64,000 bases of DNA. Origin: Fimicolochytrium jonesii. Taxonomy: Eukaryota. Below are positions 1-9,617 of the stretch, piece by piece. The notes below the pieces were generated by a model, which made no database searches, had not been told where the DNA came from, and worked only from the letters and a program-made list of their open reading frames with translations. Location of the stretch: assembly GCF_025526975.1 (NCBI RefSeq), contig NW_026515668.1, positions 682,001 through 746,000 of the forward strand, given 5' to 3'. Numbering within the stretch: position 1 is the first letter of the stretch; every line of letters begins with the position of its first letter. Made by a program: the position numbers and the translations under genes.

Positions 1-247
1 ACAGTGTGTGTGGTGATGAGAAAAAGAGGAAAGAGAGGAAGGAAAGAGCTTATATGATGTGTGCTGTGCGCACCCATCCCGATATAAACTAGTCCCGCGC
101 GTTTCTCTGGGTTTCATCCACACATGCACCTTCGGTGAATATCCTTCAGAGGTTCATAGCCCAGCTGATGATCAAGCCCGAAATCAAGCTAAAAATTGCA
201 GCCATTCAAGTCGTTCAACGATAAACTGGAGTGAGAGTCAGCCGAGA

Positions 248-1480
248 ATGAAGGCAGTCGCTTCTACCTTAGCGAAAGCTCGCGGACACAACACCAGTCC
301 GCCGCATAGTCGCTGCAACTTTCTCACGGACGACGGGCTCCTAATTGCCGGCGCCGGGCCCGTAGAGTTTACACTGGACAGCATCCTCGAATGGCAACCC
401 AGCCTCATTGTCAGCCTCGAGAAGACGGATGATGCGCTCTGGTATCAGCCGAAATTGCCCAAGCAAACAAAAGTTCTTCATTTACCCACCGCACCCGGCC
501 GACCACCACCTCTGGCAGCGACTCGCAGCGCCGTCAGCGAGATCATTGACACGTATCGCAGCGGCAAGAAAGTGTATTTACATTGTAACGGCGGCCACGG
601 GCGTGCGGGTACGCTTGCGGCCGTAGTGCTGGGCAAGCTGAACAGCTGGGACGCTGTGACGGCCATCGCGGAGGTGGAACGAAGGAGGGACACGCGGCTT
701 GATACGAGCCGGAATTTTGTTCCGACGCCCGAAACGAAGTCGCAGGTCGCTTTCGTCGCTAAGATATTGGGGGTGGGAGAAGGAAGAACGCTGCCCGATA
801 GGACGGATCGATCCTGGCTGAAACGTATGGTAGCGGAGAGAACCAAGGGGACTTGTTCGAAACACATGAAAACTGAGACGGATGTGGGCGATACATCCTT
901 AGAAATACTGCGAACCGACAAACCCTCTGGAACGAGCATGGCCTCCGAGGATCTTACTCCGATTCTATTCTACACCGATAGCGCCCAATTTGGCGAATTC
1001 TCCAACTACTACAAGCCAGCCTCACCTATTACTTGGGAAGGTGCAAAGTACCCGACATCGGAGCACGCATTCCAAGCCGCGAAATTCAAATACCCCGGAG
1101 CAGATAAACATTCACTCGCATATGCGGAAGAGATTCGAAAAGCGTCAACTCCCAACAAGGCCCGAGTGTTGGCGTTGCAGAAAACGGGAGGTGGTTACGC
1201 TTGGCGTACCCAGCTAAACCCTGTGATACAGGAGTATCTCGACAAGGGCGTGCGTTTCCGGCCGTCGTGGGAGACGGTACGAGATGATGTGATGCGAGAT
1301 ATTTTGGGTTGCAAGTTTACTCAGGATGCGCATTGTCGTGCGCTGCTGGTCGGTACCGGCCAGCGTCCCATCGTTGAACACACCAAACGAGATAGCTACT
1401 GGGGAGATGGTGGGGATGGGACCGGCCAGAACAAATTGGGAAAGATGTTGATGGAGGTTCGGGACGCTTTGAAGTCATGA
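248..1480 (+). CDS. Intronless fusion: N-terminal PTP/dual-specificity phosphatase-like domain plus C-terminal NADAR (YbiA-like) domain, ~410 aa
   Basis: CX5R motif VYLHCNGGHGRAG and downstream ETxxQ (PETKSQVAFV). NADAR hallmarks ILFY..FSNYY, YPTSEHAFQAAKF, W...RDDVM...KFTQ, LLVGTGQRPIVE..RDSYWGDGGDGTGQNKLGKMLMEVR. First in-frame ATG is at 248; the ORF track starts at a GTG at 59. Confidence 0.88.
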   Translation: MKAVASTLAKARGHNTSPPHSRCNFLTDDGLLIAGAGPVEFTLDSILEWQPSLIVSLEKTDDALWYQPKLPKQTKVLHLPTAPGRPPPLAATRSAVSEIIDTYRSGKKVYLHCNGGHGRAGTLAAVVLGKLNSWDAVTAIAEVERRRDTRLDTSRNFVPTPETKSQVAFVAKILGVGEGRTLPDRTDRSWLKRMVAERTKGTCSKHMKTETDVGDTSLEILRTDKPSGTSMASEDLTPILFYTDSAQFGEFSNYYKPASPITWEGAKYPTSEHAFQAAKFKYPGADKHSLAYAEEIRKASTPNKARVLALQKTGGGYAWRTQLNPVIQEYLDKGVRFRPSWETVRDDVMRDILGCKFTQDAHCRALLVGTGQRPIVEHTKRDSYWGDGGDGTGQNKLGKMLMEVRDALKS

Positions 1481-1754
1481 AGCTGGGATACCTGTCTTGC
1501 ACTGCACGAGACCAATTGGGTTAAGTCAATTACACACTCTTATCCTTTGAAGAGACCGTTATATGCCTAGGATCATTGTGTGCGACTAAAAATCATATAC
1601 ATACCGGCGCATACTATTCATCATGGACACCGTAGCTTATGTGTGAATGGGAGAGGATTCCGGCAGTGACCTATACCATGTCATCCCATCCGACTGATCA
1701 AGTCCGCATAACAACGATCTCAGCGGCGAGGAGCAATCCGTTGCATAGGGCAAC

Positions 1755-2600
1755 AGAGCAAAACACTCAGTTTCCTGAGATGCTTTCGACTAGCGGGTTC
1801 TATGATCACGATGAATGAGTCAACGATAACGTTTCTAAATAGATTTTGACTATAATTCTATGACCAAGCTGAAGGAGCCAGCGAGATCGTGTCCTTGGGT
1901 ATTAGACTTGAGTATTTTGCACTGAATTCTTCGACTTCGCATGTCAGCGAGGGCTTTGCTCATGGTGTCTGGCCTGTTTTTATCATGCGCCAAACTGAAC
2001 GAGTCAGCGAGACGCAGGTATTTCGACTTGAGGGACGAAGCTGAACGGGTCGCCAAGATCGTTCCGTCTCAGATTTCGGCTTGCGATGACCATGCACAAG
2101 GAGTTCAGCAAGTTCGTCGACTAATGTACTTGACTTGTGTTGGTATGACCAAGCGAAGTTTGTCAGCGAGATCGTTTCCTATGATATTCGACTTGTCCAA
2201 AGATTTCCGGCTTGTGACTCGCGAGACCACGCAGCAAGATCTTATCGTGTTTCGACTTGTGTCTGTATGACTAGGCTGAACGGGCAGCAAGATCGTTTCC
2301 TATGGGACTTCGACTTTTATCAAGATTTATCGGCTTGTCATCTTGAAACCACGCGGAACCAGCAGCGAGATCGGTTCCCATGGTATTTTGATTTGTATGG
2401 TATTGCGCTTTGCGTGTGTATGACCAGATTGAACGTGTCAACGAGATCGACTTCTGTGATTTGGCTTGTTTAGGTTCTTCGACTTGTATTATATGATCAA
2501 GCTGAAGAGACAGCGAGATCTTTTCCTGAGGTTAGTCGCCTTGCGTTTGGTACGATCACGCTGGACCGGCCAGCGATTTCGTTTCCTGAGGCGACTTGAT
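1755..2600. repeat. Degenerate tandem repeat array, ~12 units, mostly 44-78 bp
   Basis: Recurring blocks ATGACCAAGCTGAA / CAGCGAGATCGTTTCCT / TTCGACTTG; unit starts near 1802, 1860, 1985, 2034, 2086, 2145, 2223, 2267, 2345, 2420, 2493, 2552. Confidence 0.8.
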
Positions 2601-2606
2601 GTTCAT

Positions 2607-3179
2607 TTACTGATGGCCGACGATTTCGCCGTAAACCTTGTCCAATTCATCCAAGATTCTAGGAGGAAGGAAAGGACATCGTGTGATCCATTCCGGCACT
2701 TTTTCTTCAAAGAGGCGTCGTACACCGACGCATATTTCCTGGCATGCGGGTGCGCATGGGCAACCGAAGTTTTGTAGACACAGTTTTACATCCCCGTGGA
2801 GAGGTAACTCGCTGGTCCCAAAATTCTCATCATCGCGCTGGGTTAAGGCCAAAATAATTTCTCCTTTGGCAGCGTCCCAACCGTAGCTCATCGCCATAGG
2901 CTCCTCGCTGCTTTGCTTCCTGCAGAGGTGCCAAATCTGCACAACAAGCCCCCGTTTGAGGATGTCTCTGTAGTGTAACTCGGTATTCGGTACTTTCGGA
3001 TTCTCAAAGTGGTCCTCCGGATCCTCAGAGTCGTCCCCGGGCCACGTGGTGTCAACGAAGGCAGCAGGGTCGGTGCTGAATAATAATCGTCGAGCCGGGG
3101 GATCTTTCGCTTGCAGGTGTATAGGGGGTTCGTCAAGCGATCTATGTACAGCTGTTTGGGTAGTAGCACATGAAGTCAT
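2607..3179 (-). CDS. Hypothetical intronless protein, ~190 aa (MTSCATTQ...), no recognisable family
   Basis: Open frame from ATG 3179, preceded on its own strand by an A-rich leader; globular-looking C-terminal half with CxCxxxC. Stop abuts the repeat array. Confidence 0.5.
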   Translation of the reverse strand: MTSCATTQTAVHRSLDEPPIHLQAKDPPARRLLFSTDPAAFVDTTWPGDDSEDPEDHFENPKVPNTELHYRDILKRGLVVQIWHLCRKQSSEEPMAMSYGWDAAKGEIILALTQRDDENFGTSELPLHGDVKLCLQNFGCPCAPACQEICVGVRRLFEEKVPEWITRCPFLPPRILDELDKVYGEIVGHQ

Positions 3180-3613
3180 TTCGAGAGACTTTTGTTTTTG
3201 TGATTGTTTCTTAATTTTACATATTTTTTGTGGGGGTTTTTCGCTTTCGTCTTCTCTTTCGCTTGTGAGGGAGCGGACTTTTGCCTCGGGAACGCGCTCC
3301 GTAAGCACCCTGGATTGGGCAGTGAGTCATCTTAGTCAGAGCCCTTTGCGCGGTGGAGGCGACCATCTCCTGCTGGAAAGCCTCGTCTCGCGCATATCCA
3401 TACTGGACGCAGGACAGAGATCCTACCCACAAACACTGCTTTGTTCCACACATAGAGAGACGGGCTGCATCTCTCCTACTGTACTCTGCAACCCCGCAGA
3501 GACTACACTGCACCCTCTTTGAGCTCCTCCCCCTTGACTTGCACGCTTCCGGTGAGAATTCTCGACGAGGAACTCCCATTCTCTCACTTCAGCTACCACA
3601 GCAAACAACAAGG

Positions 3614-6600
3614 ATGGGTGCTTCAGAGCTGGCTCCCATCTCCATCCCAGGGACGTCTACGACAAAAGTCTCGATTTTGGGCAAGGAGACCATCGTCGTC
3701 GGCATCGACCTCGTAGATCACATTGCCCGGGACGTCACAACCAACATCCCCGCAAGCGTTTACATCATAGTCACTGATACGAACATTGAACGACTGCACT
3801 TGAAGACGCTAGTATCGGCTCTGCAGAATGCATTAGATCAGAATCAAACCACCACGGATGCAAAGGCCCGCATCCTTTCGTATGTGATGCCCCCAGGAGA
3901 GTCGTCAAAGACGAGGCGGACGAAAGCAGCGATAGAAGACTGGGCACTGCAAAACAAATGCACGAGAGACTCATGTTTCATCGCATTGGGTGGAGGTGTC
4001 ATTGGAGATCTGGTAGGGTTCGTCGCTGCAACCTTCATGCGCGGCGTGCCCGTCGTGCAAATCCCTACAACCTTGCTCGCCATGGTCGATTCCTCTGTAG
4101 GAGGCAAAACCGCCATCGACACCCCGCATGGAAAGAACCTGATCGGATCATTCCACCAACCGCACCGCATTTTCATCGACTTGAGGTTCCTGCAGACCCT
4201 CCCCATGCGCGAATTCGTGAACGGACTGGGCGAGATCATCAAGACGGCCGCGATCTGGGTGGAAGAGGATTTCGATCTGTTGGAGAATCACCCGGAACAG
4301 ATTCTCGCCCTTAGCCAAGGCGCCGTGGACGATCCGTCCTCAGCAGAGGTCCAGCTCCTTATGCGAGTGATTCTCGGATCTGTGAGAGTCAAAGCTCATG
4401 TGGTGACCGTTGACGAGAAGGAAGGAGGGCTTCGTGGACTCCTCAATTTCGGGCATTCCATAGGCCATGCGATCGAAGCGATATTGTCCCCTAATCTGCT
4501 GCATGGGGAGTGCGTGGCGTTGGGCATGGTTCGCGAGGCGGAGATCGCACGCCATCTTGGTTATCTGAACGAGGTAGCTGTGGGACGGCTGGTGAGATGC
4601 CTACAGGCATACGGGCTGCCTGTCTCGCTCGAGGACAAAATCGTCAAGCAGCGCGCACCTGGAAAACACTGCCCTGTGGATAAGCTCCTGGACATCATGT
4701 GCATCGACAAGAAGAATCAGGGTTCCAAGAAGAAGATTGTCATGCTGTCTGGTATTGGCCGAACTTACGAACCGCGCGCCAGTGTCATTCCCGACGATGT
4801 CATCCGCAAGATCTTGTCCCCTTCCGTCGAGATCACCCCACCCAGCAAACCCATCAACGTGCAGCTGAAAGCTCCTGGATCGAAATCACTGTCGAATCGC
4901 GCTCTTGTCTTGGCTGCTTTGGGTGAGGGCAAGTGCCGCCTACACGGACTCTTGCACTCGGACGACGTACAGGTCATGTTGGATGCCCTGCAAAAGCTTG
5001 TGGGAATCGAGTACCAGTGGGAAAACGATGGAGACACCCTTGTTGTAACTGGAGGAGGCGGCCGATTGCGCGTGCCGTCCAAGGAAGTATACCTCGGCAA
5101 CGCCGGAACGGCAGCTCGGTTTCTCACGACTGTGTGCGCACTTATCCCCAAAACAGGGGAGAAAGTTGCAAGTCCCGCATCGACCATCGTCACCGGCAAC
5201 CCACGCATGAAGCAGCGTCCGATCGGTCCATTAGTCGATGCCCTAAGCGCCAATGGCGTCAGCGTGAAATACCTCGAGACCAAGGGGTGTCTACCACTCG
5301 AGATCACACCGAATGGGATCGGCCTTCCCGGCGGCCGCATCAACCTCTCCGCCTCTGTCAGTTCCCAGTACGTCTCCTCGATCCTCATCTCGGCCCCTTA
5401 CGCGGCACAAGAAGTGACCTTGGACCTGAGCGGCGACGCAGTCATCTCGCAACTCTACATTGACATGACGATCGCGATGATGGCGTCTTTCGGGATCAAC
5501 GTGGTCCGCCAGGAAGGGACGAACATGTATACCATCCCCAAAGGCGTCTACAAGAACCCGGCCGATTATTACGTCGAAGCTGATGCCTCCTCGGCGACCT
5601 ACCCCCTCGCCTTCGCAGCCATCACAGGTTCGCGAGTAACCGTCACCAACATCGGCAGCGACTCACTCCAAGGCGACGCCCAATTCGCAGTCAAAGTGCT
5701 ACGCGAAATGGGCTGCACAGTCGAACAAACAAAAACCAGCACAACCGTCTCCGGCCCCGCCGCCCTAAAACCCTTACCGACCATCGACATGGAACCCATG
5801 ACAGACGCCTTTCTCACCGCCTCCGTCCTCGCCGCCGTCGCCCGCGGTGGTCCCAATAAAGACCACACCACCCGCATCACAGGCATCGCCAACCAGCGCG
5901 TTAAAGAGTGTAACCGGATCGCGGTCATGGTCGAACAACTCGCGAAATTCGGCGTCTCGGCTTCGGAACTACCTGATGGGATCCAGATTCATGGTATTGA
6001 CCGCGCGGCACTGAGAACTCCTGAGGGCGGGGTGAAGTGTTATGATGATCATCGGGTGGCGATGAGTTTTAGTGTGTTGGCGTGTGCGATGCCCGGGGGG
6101 AAAAGGGCGGTGGTGAATGAGAAGCGGTGTGTGGAGAAGACGTGGCCGGCGTGGTGGGATGCGTTGTCGAATCGGTTGGGGGTTCTGATTTCGGGGGTGG
6201 ATGTCGATGTCGATGGCGAGGAAGGGGATGGTCATGCTGTTTCTTCCACGAAGGCCACGAATGAGCTGCACCTCCGCAATCTAGACGAAACCACACCAAC
6301 GGCGTTGTCCGACGCAACCATAGTCCTAATCGGCATGCGCGGCGCCGGAAAAACCCACGCAGGCCGCGCAGCCGCTAAATATTTCGGACGCGCATTTATC
6401 GACATGGATCACGCCTTCGAGTCCGATCTCAACACTACCATCCCCGATTTCATCAACACGAGAGGGTGGGAAGCCTTCCGCACCGAAGAAGTCCGGATCC
6501 TTTCCCAGACACTTGCTGCACACCCGACCGACACCGTCATTGCGTGTGGGGGCGGGATTGTTGAGACAGCTGACGGCCGGAAGGTGTTAACAGGATGGCA

Positions 6601-8608
6601 GGCCAAACATGGGTGTGTGGTACATATCAAACGGGATATCACCGCCATTGCGTCGCATCTCGATAAAGACACCACACGACCGATGTACGGCGAAGACATG
6701 CGGGGCGTGTGGGACCGTCGGAAAGGCTGGTATAGAGAGTGTTCGGGATATGAGTGTGTGACTGTGCATCAACCCGATGGGACCGAGGAGTGGGGGAGGG
6801 TTGAGAAGGATTTTACCAGGTTTTTGGCGTTTGTTACGCAGAGGAAGAGTACAAGGACGTTGCCGGGAGGTGTGCCGAACCCGCCGGCCCCTAGTTTCTT
6901 CATCTCGCTCACGGCACCCGATGTGACGCCTATCCTTCCCGACCTGACCGCCATCTGCGCCGGGGCTGACGCCATTGAACTGCGGGTTGATTTGCTGGCT
7001 TCTCACGAGGAGGAGTATGTTGGTAGGCAGCTTGCGCTGCTTCGTCGGTACTCGCCGTTACCGATCGTGTATACCGTCCGTACGCAGAGCCAGGGCGGGA
7101 AGTTTGCTGATGCGGACCATGATGCGCGGGTGGGGTTGTTGGAGTGTGGGGTTAGATGGGCCTGCGAGTATGTGGATGTCGAGGTTGGGTGCGGGGATGG
7201 GAGCGAGGTCGGGTTGACGCAAGCGCTTGTACAGCGGAAAGGACATTCCGCCGTGATTGCGTCGTTCCATGATGTCAAAGGCGTGGTAGCCTGGGACGAC
7301 GCCAACGTCAACATGAATGTCCAGCGCACCTCAACACATACCGGTTCAACAACCTTCAAAGCCAAATACGACGACCTCGCCGCTGTCGGGGATATCGTCA
7401 AACTGATCGGCCGCGCACATTCCCTCGAGGACAATTTCGCCCTCCGCCGATTCGTCGCTTCTTTACCTGGAGACAAACCGGTGATTGCGCTCAACATGGG
7501 CCCGCTGGGGCAGATCTCGCGCGCACTCAACACGTTCTTGACTCCCGTTACACACCCGCTGCTCACCACCGCCGCCGCGCCCGGGCAGTTATCCGTTAAG
7601 GAGATCCATCAGTTCCGAACCCTGCTTGGAACACTGACACCGAAGGCGTTCTACCTGTTTGGTAAACCGATCCAGCAGTCCGTCAGCCCGCATTTGCATA
7701 ACGCCGGGTTTGAGGAGTTGGGGTTGCCGCATCATTACCAGCTGTATGAGACGGATGATGTCAACGAGGTTGTGGAGGTAGTTCGCCGTGGAGTCGCGGA
7801 GGGGACATTTGGAGGCGCTAGCGTGACGATCCCGTTGAAGGAGGCTGTTATCAAGAGCGGGGTCGTGGGGATGTTGACGGATGCTGCGACGCGGATTGGG
7901 GCGGTGAATACGGTGGGGGTTGGGGAGGGTGGGGAGGTGTGGGGGGATAACACTGATTGGGTGGGGATTGTGAGGTGTGTGAGGCAGGCTGGGGTGGAGC
8001 TTGGGAAGCAGATTACGGCAAACATCACCGGGTCATCGACTTCGACAACGCCTGCATACGCACTCCAAACCAACCCCGACGTGAAAACGATCGGCGTAGT
8101 CATCGGCGCAGGCGGAACAGCCCGCGCGGCCCTCTACTCACTACAACACCTCCACGTCGACGAAATCAGAGTGTGGAACCGCACCCCCGAAAAAGCCGCG
8201 GCATTGGTCGAGCAATTCAACGGTGGTGTCGTCGTCGCTGACCTCACCGCTCTCCTCGCCACCACCCCCGAGTCGGGACACACGACCCGGTTTATCGTGG
8301 TGTCTACCATCCCTGCCGCTGCACAAGACGCCGCGGCGTTCACGGGCATGTTCCGATCCCTCGCCACATCACCATCCACAGTCAGCGAGGTCACGGGCGT
8401 AGTCATCGACATGGCCTACCGACCCCTGTACACCCCGCTCCTGCTTGCGGCGCAGGCCACGGAAGGGTTGAAGAAAAGCTGGACGGTCGTGCCGGGGTTG
8501 ACTGTGCTGGTGGAGCAGGGGGTGGAGCAGTTTGGGAGGTGGACGGGACGGAGGCCGCCGGTGGAGGTCATGAGGGGGGCTGCAAGTAGGGGCTATGAGG
8601 GTGTGTGA
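3614..8608 (+). CDS. ARO1: Pentafunctional AROM polypeptide (DHQ synthase, EPSP synthase, shikimate kinase, type I DHQ dehydratase, shikimate dehydrogenase)
   Basis: Motifs GGGVIGDLVGF..RG..QIPTTLLAMVDSSVGGKT; PGSKSLSNR, LGNAGTAARF, RVKECNR, DDHRVAMS; P-loop GMRGAGKT; ELRVDLL; SVTIPLK, GAVNT, GDNTD, GAGGTARA. ATG at 3614 (MGASEL); no intron needed. Confidence 0.97.
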   Translation: MGASELAPISIPGTSTTKVSILGKETIVVGIDLVDHIARDVTTNIPASVYIIVTDTNIERLHLKTLVSALQNALDQNQTTTDAKARILSYVMPPGESSKTRRTKAAIEDWALQNKCTRDSCFIALGGGVIGDLVGFVAATFMRGVPVVQIPTTLLAMVDSSVGGKTAIDTPHGKNLIGSFHQPHRIFIDLRFLQTLPMREFVNGLGEIIKTAAIWVEEDFDLLENHPEQILALSQGAVDDPSSAEVQLLMRVILGSVRVKAHVVTVDEKEGGLRGLLNFGHSIGHAIEAILSPNLLHGECVALGMVREAEIARHLGYLNEVAVGRLVRCLQAYGLPVSLEDKIVKQRAPGKHCPVDKLLDIMCIDKKNQGSKKKIVMLSGIGRTYEPRASVIPDDVIRKILSPSVEITPPSKPINVQLKAPGSKSLSNRALVLAALGEGKCRLHGLLHSDDVQVMLDALQKLVGIEYQWENDGDTLVVTGGGGRLRVPSKEVYLGNAGTAARFLTTVCALIPKTGEKVASPASTIVTGNPRMKQRPIGPLVDALSANGVSVKYLETKGCLPLEITPNGIGLPGGRINLSASVSSQYVSSILISAPYAAQEVTLDLSGDAVISQLYIDMTIAMMASFGINVVRQEGTNMYTIPKGVYKNPADYYVEADASSATYPLAFAAITGSRVTVTNIGSDSLQGDAQFAVKVLREMGCTVEQTKTSTTVSGPAALKPLPTIDMEPMTDAFLTASVLAAVARGGPNKDHTTRITGIANQRVKECNRIAVMVEQLAKFGVSASELPDGIQIHGIDRAALRTPEGGVKCYDDHRVAMSFSVLACAMPGGKRAVVNEKRCVEKTWPAWWDALSNRLGVLISGVDVDVDGEEGDGHAVSSTKATNELHLRNLDETTPTALSDATIVLIGMRGAGKTHAGRAAAKYFGRAFIDMDHAFESDLNTTIPDFINTRGWEAFRTEEVRILSQTLAAHPTDTVIACGGGIVETADGRKVLTGWQAKHGCVVHIKRDITAIASHLDKDTTRPMYGEDMRGVWDRRKGWYRECSGYECVTVHQPDGTEEWGRVEKDFTRFLAFVTQRKSTRTLPGGVPNPPAPSFFISLTAPDVTPILPDLTAICAGADAIELRVDLLASHEEEYVGRQLALLRRYSPLPIVYTVRTQSQGGKFADADHDARVGLLECGVRWACEYVDVEVGCGDGSEVGLTQALVQRKGHSAVIASFHDVKGVVAWDDANVNMNVQRTSTHTGSTTFKAKYDDLAAVGDIVKLIGRAHSLEDNFALRRFVASLPGDKPVIALNMGPLGQISRALNTFLTPVTHPLLTTAAAPGQLSVKEIHQFRTLLGTLTPKAFYLFGKPIQQSVSPHLHNAGFEELGLPHHYQLYETDDVNEVVEVVRRGVAEGTFGGASVTIPLKEAVIKSGVVGMLTDAATRIGAVNTVGVGEGGEVWGDNTDWVGIVRCVRQAGVELGKQITANITGSSTSTTPAYALQTNPDVKTIGVVIGAGGTARAALYSLQHLHVDEIRVWNRTPEKAAALVEQFNGGVVVADLTALLATTPESGHTTRFIVVSTIPAAAQDAAAFTGMFRSLATSPSTVSEVTGVVIDMAYRPLYTPLLLAAQATEGLKKSWTVVPGLTVLVEQGVEQFGRWTGRRPPVEVMRGAASRGYEGV

Positions 8609-9057
8609 GGTTGGCGTACCTTGTGGAGTTGGGGTAGATAGGTTGGATGGGATCTATTGTGTGTGCGGTATTTAGTGGCTTCTTTTTTCGCAGCGTTCGC
8701 TCGCATTGATTGTTTAGTTATAGCTCTGATGACCCTCCGGTGTACTGTACATACGTTCTGGTTGAGCATCAAAAAAGTCAAAAACTGGAGCGGGTGGGCA
8801 CCTCAATAAACCACTTCTTCCCACATAGTTGCGCTCCTAGTTACGTTTTGGTCCGCAAGACTGAGCATCGACTTTCCAGGTAGGGCATGGTCACCATCTT
8901 CCCTCGCTTCAATCTACCCCTTCCCTCTGCCTCTTGTTCCCCACGACTCTATGTGAGCACTGAGCATCCACTTGGCATTATACGAAACCGAAACTCATCT
9001 TGGCCCCACTTCCCCTTCTTTCCATCCAAAACCAACCCGCCCCCGTCCCTGTTCCTA

Positions 9058-9351
9058 ATGTACCTGTACATCTTCCACCGCACCCGCCGCCTCCTCCTTG
9101 AATTCCTCTACCCATCCTACCGCCCCGGTTCCGCCCGCCCACGCTGGCTATGCGCCGACTGCGCGCTGCACGGGACAAACGGGACAAGAGGGCAATGCAA
9201 GCGCTGCGGCGGCATATTGTCGCCCTCTTCACATAAACTGTGTCGCACTTGTGCGGCTGAGACGAGCTGTTGCCAGTGTTGTGCGAGACCGGCGGTGTTT
9301 GACGGTGAGGGGGGCTGTCCTGAACCACATTCCACTATCCCGATCATTTGA
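9058..9351 (+). CDS. Small Cys-rich protein with 4 CxxC motifs (CRIPT-like zinc ribbon), paralog 1
   Basis: MYLYIFHRTRRLLLEFLYPSYRPGSAR..LCADC..CKRC-x11-CRTCAAETSCCQCC; clearly homologous to the adjacent ORF. Confidence 0.6.
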   Translation: MYLYIFHRTRRLLLEFLYPSYRPGSARPRWLCADCALHGTNGTRGQCKRCGGILSPSSHKLCRTCAAETSCCQCCARPAVFDGEGGCPEPHSTIPII

Positions 9352-9371
9352 CACACTGGACCAAACGACCA

Positions 9372-9617
9372 ATGTACATCTATCACCGCGCCCGCCGCCT
9401 CCTCCTGCGATACTTCTACCCATCCTACCACCCCGGATCCGCCCGGCAGCACTGGTCATGCGCGAGATGCCGAGGGCTCGGCACGAACTGCGCGGTTGGG
9501 CGTTGCAACCGATGCGGTGACTCGACCTCGACGTCTGCCTTCAAGTTGTGTTCTGCTTGTGCGGCGGAGACGGGGTGTTGTGAGCATTGTGGGAAGCCGA
9601 CGACGTTTGCGGATTGA
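9372..9617 (+). CDS. Small Cys-rich protein with 4 CxxC motifs (CRIPT-like zinc ribbon), paralog 2
   Basis: MYIYHRARRLLLRYFYPSYHPGSAR..CARC..CNRC-x11-CSACAAETGCCEHCGK; same Cys spacing as the CRIPT C-terminal region. Confidence 0.65.
   Translation: MYIYHRARRLLLRYFYPSYHPGSARQHWSCARCRGLGTNCAVGRCNRCGDSTSTSAFKLCSACAAETGCCEHCGKPTTFAD

Noticed and set aside
1755..2600. CRISPR array or TIGR-type guide array call
   Set aside because: Repeats are too degenerate and irregular in length, there are no clean unique spacers, and no Cas or Nop-domain gene is recognisable nearby. Kept only as an unexplained array.
3353..3613. 87-aa N-terminal extension of AROM in the ORF track
   Set aside because: Begins at GTG with no AROM similarity; the ATG at 3614 matches the expected start.
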